Source: an uncultured Burkholderiales bacterium (GTDB lineage Bacteria; Vulcanimicrobiota; Xenobia; Xenobiales; QWHO01). Taken from it: 61,389 nucleotides of DNA. The stretch spans positions 1 to 61,389 of the forward strand of contig CAZWUN010000002.1 of the NCBI GenBank assembly GCA_964637145.1, written 5' to 3'. Made by a program: the position numbers and the translations under genes. The notes below the pieces were generated by a model. The model was not told where the DNA came from, did no database searches, and saw only the letters and a program-made list of their open reading frames with translations. Within the stretch, counting starts at the first letter, position 1, and each line of letters begins with the position of its first letter. Positions 61,343 through 61,389 of the stretch are shown here, in pieces.

Positions 61343-61389
61343 GGGGGAGTAGCTCAGCTGGGAGAGCGTTGCGTTCGCAATGCAAAGGT
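61343..61389 (+). tRNA. tRNA-Ala (anticodon CGC), 3' part outside the window
   Basis: GGGGGAG-TA-GCTC-AGCTGGGA-GAGC-G-TTGCG-TTCGCAA-TGCAA. The window ends in the variable loop. Confidence 0.85.

Overview
High-GC bacterial chromosomal segment, judged by eye because nothing was computed. All calls come from reading the supplied translations and the nucleotide sequence; no database search was possible. I recognise no rRNA, CRISPR array, transposase or integrase.

Recognisable content:
- **Pentose-phosphate operon:** tkt-tal-zwf-opcA-pgl (1-5670), with overlapping stop/start codons.
- **Housekeeping genes:** suhB, an RNB-family exoribonuclease, pepT, a C-N hydrolase, an SLC13 transporter, a GH13 glucosidase, a GH1 beta-glucosidase and an aminotransferase.
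- **tRNAs:** tRNA-Trp, a partial tRNA-Ala, and an aberrant tRNA-Ile-like gene.
- **Cyclic-nucleotide and c-di-GMP signalling:** an unusually dense set. It includes two CHASE2-class III cyclases, each with a coupled membrane partner. It also includes an MBL-hydrolase with two cNMP-binding domains coupled to a degenerate-GGDEF/EAL protein, an MshEN-GAF-HD-GYP protein, a PilZ protein and a stand-alone cNMP-binding protein.
- **Other:** a WD40-caspase protein, two histidine kinases and an orphan trio of pilin-like genes.

The most interesting signal is a set of six otherwise unclassifiable proteins scattered over 42 kb. All end in the same short tail: hydrophobic-hydrophobic-G-G-V/T-x-hydrophobic, followed by basic residues.
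- Three of them are membrane proteins with Gly/Ala-rich TM hairpins.
- One carries 201-bp in-frame tandem repeats.
- One is an 834-aa orphan.
- One reaches the tail only by reading through an in-frame TAG.

Other points worth a second look:
- a frameshifted dihydroceramide-desaturase homologue;
- two paralogous secreted proteins 24 kb apart;
- a 35-37 nt intergenic motif present twice;
- an AT-rich 16-bp perfect palindrome ahead of a small ORF and the PilZ gene;
- divergent genes whose start codons share one CATG.
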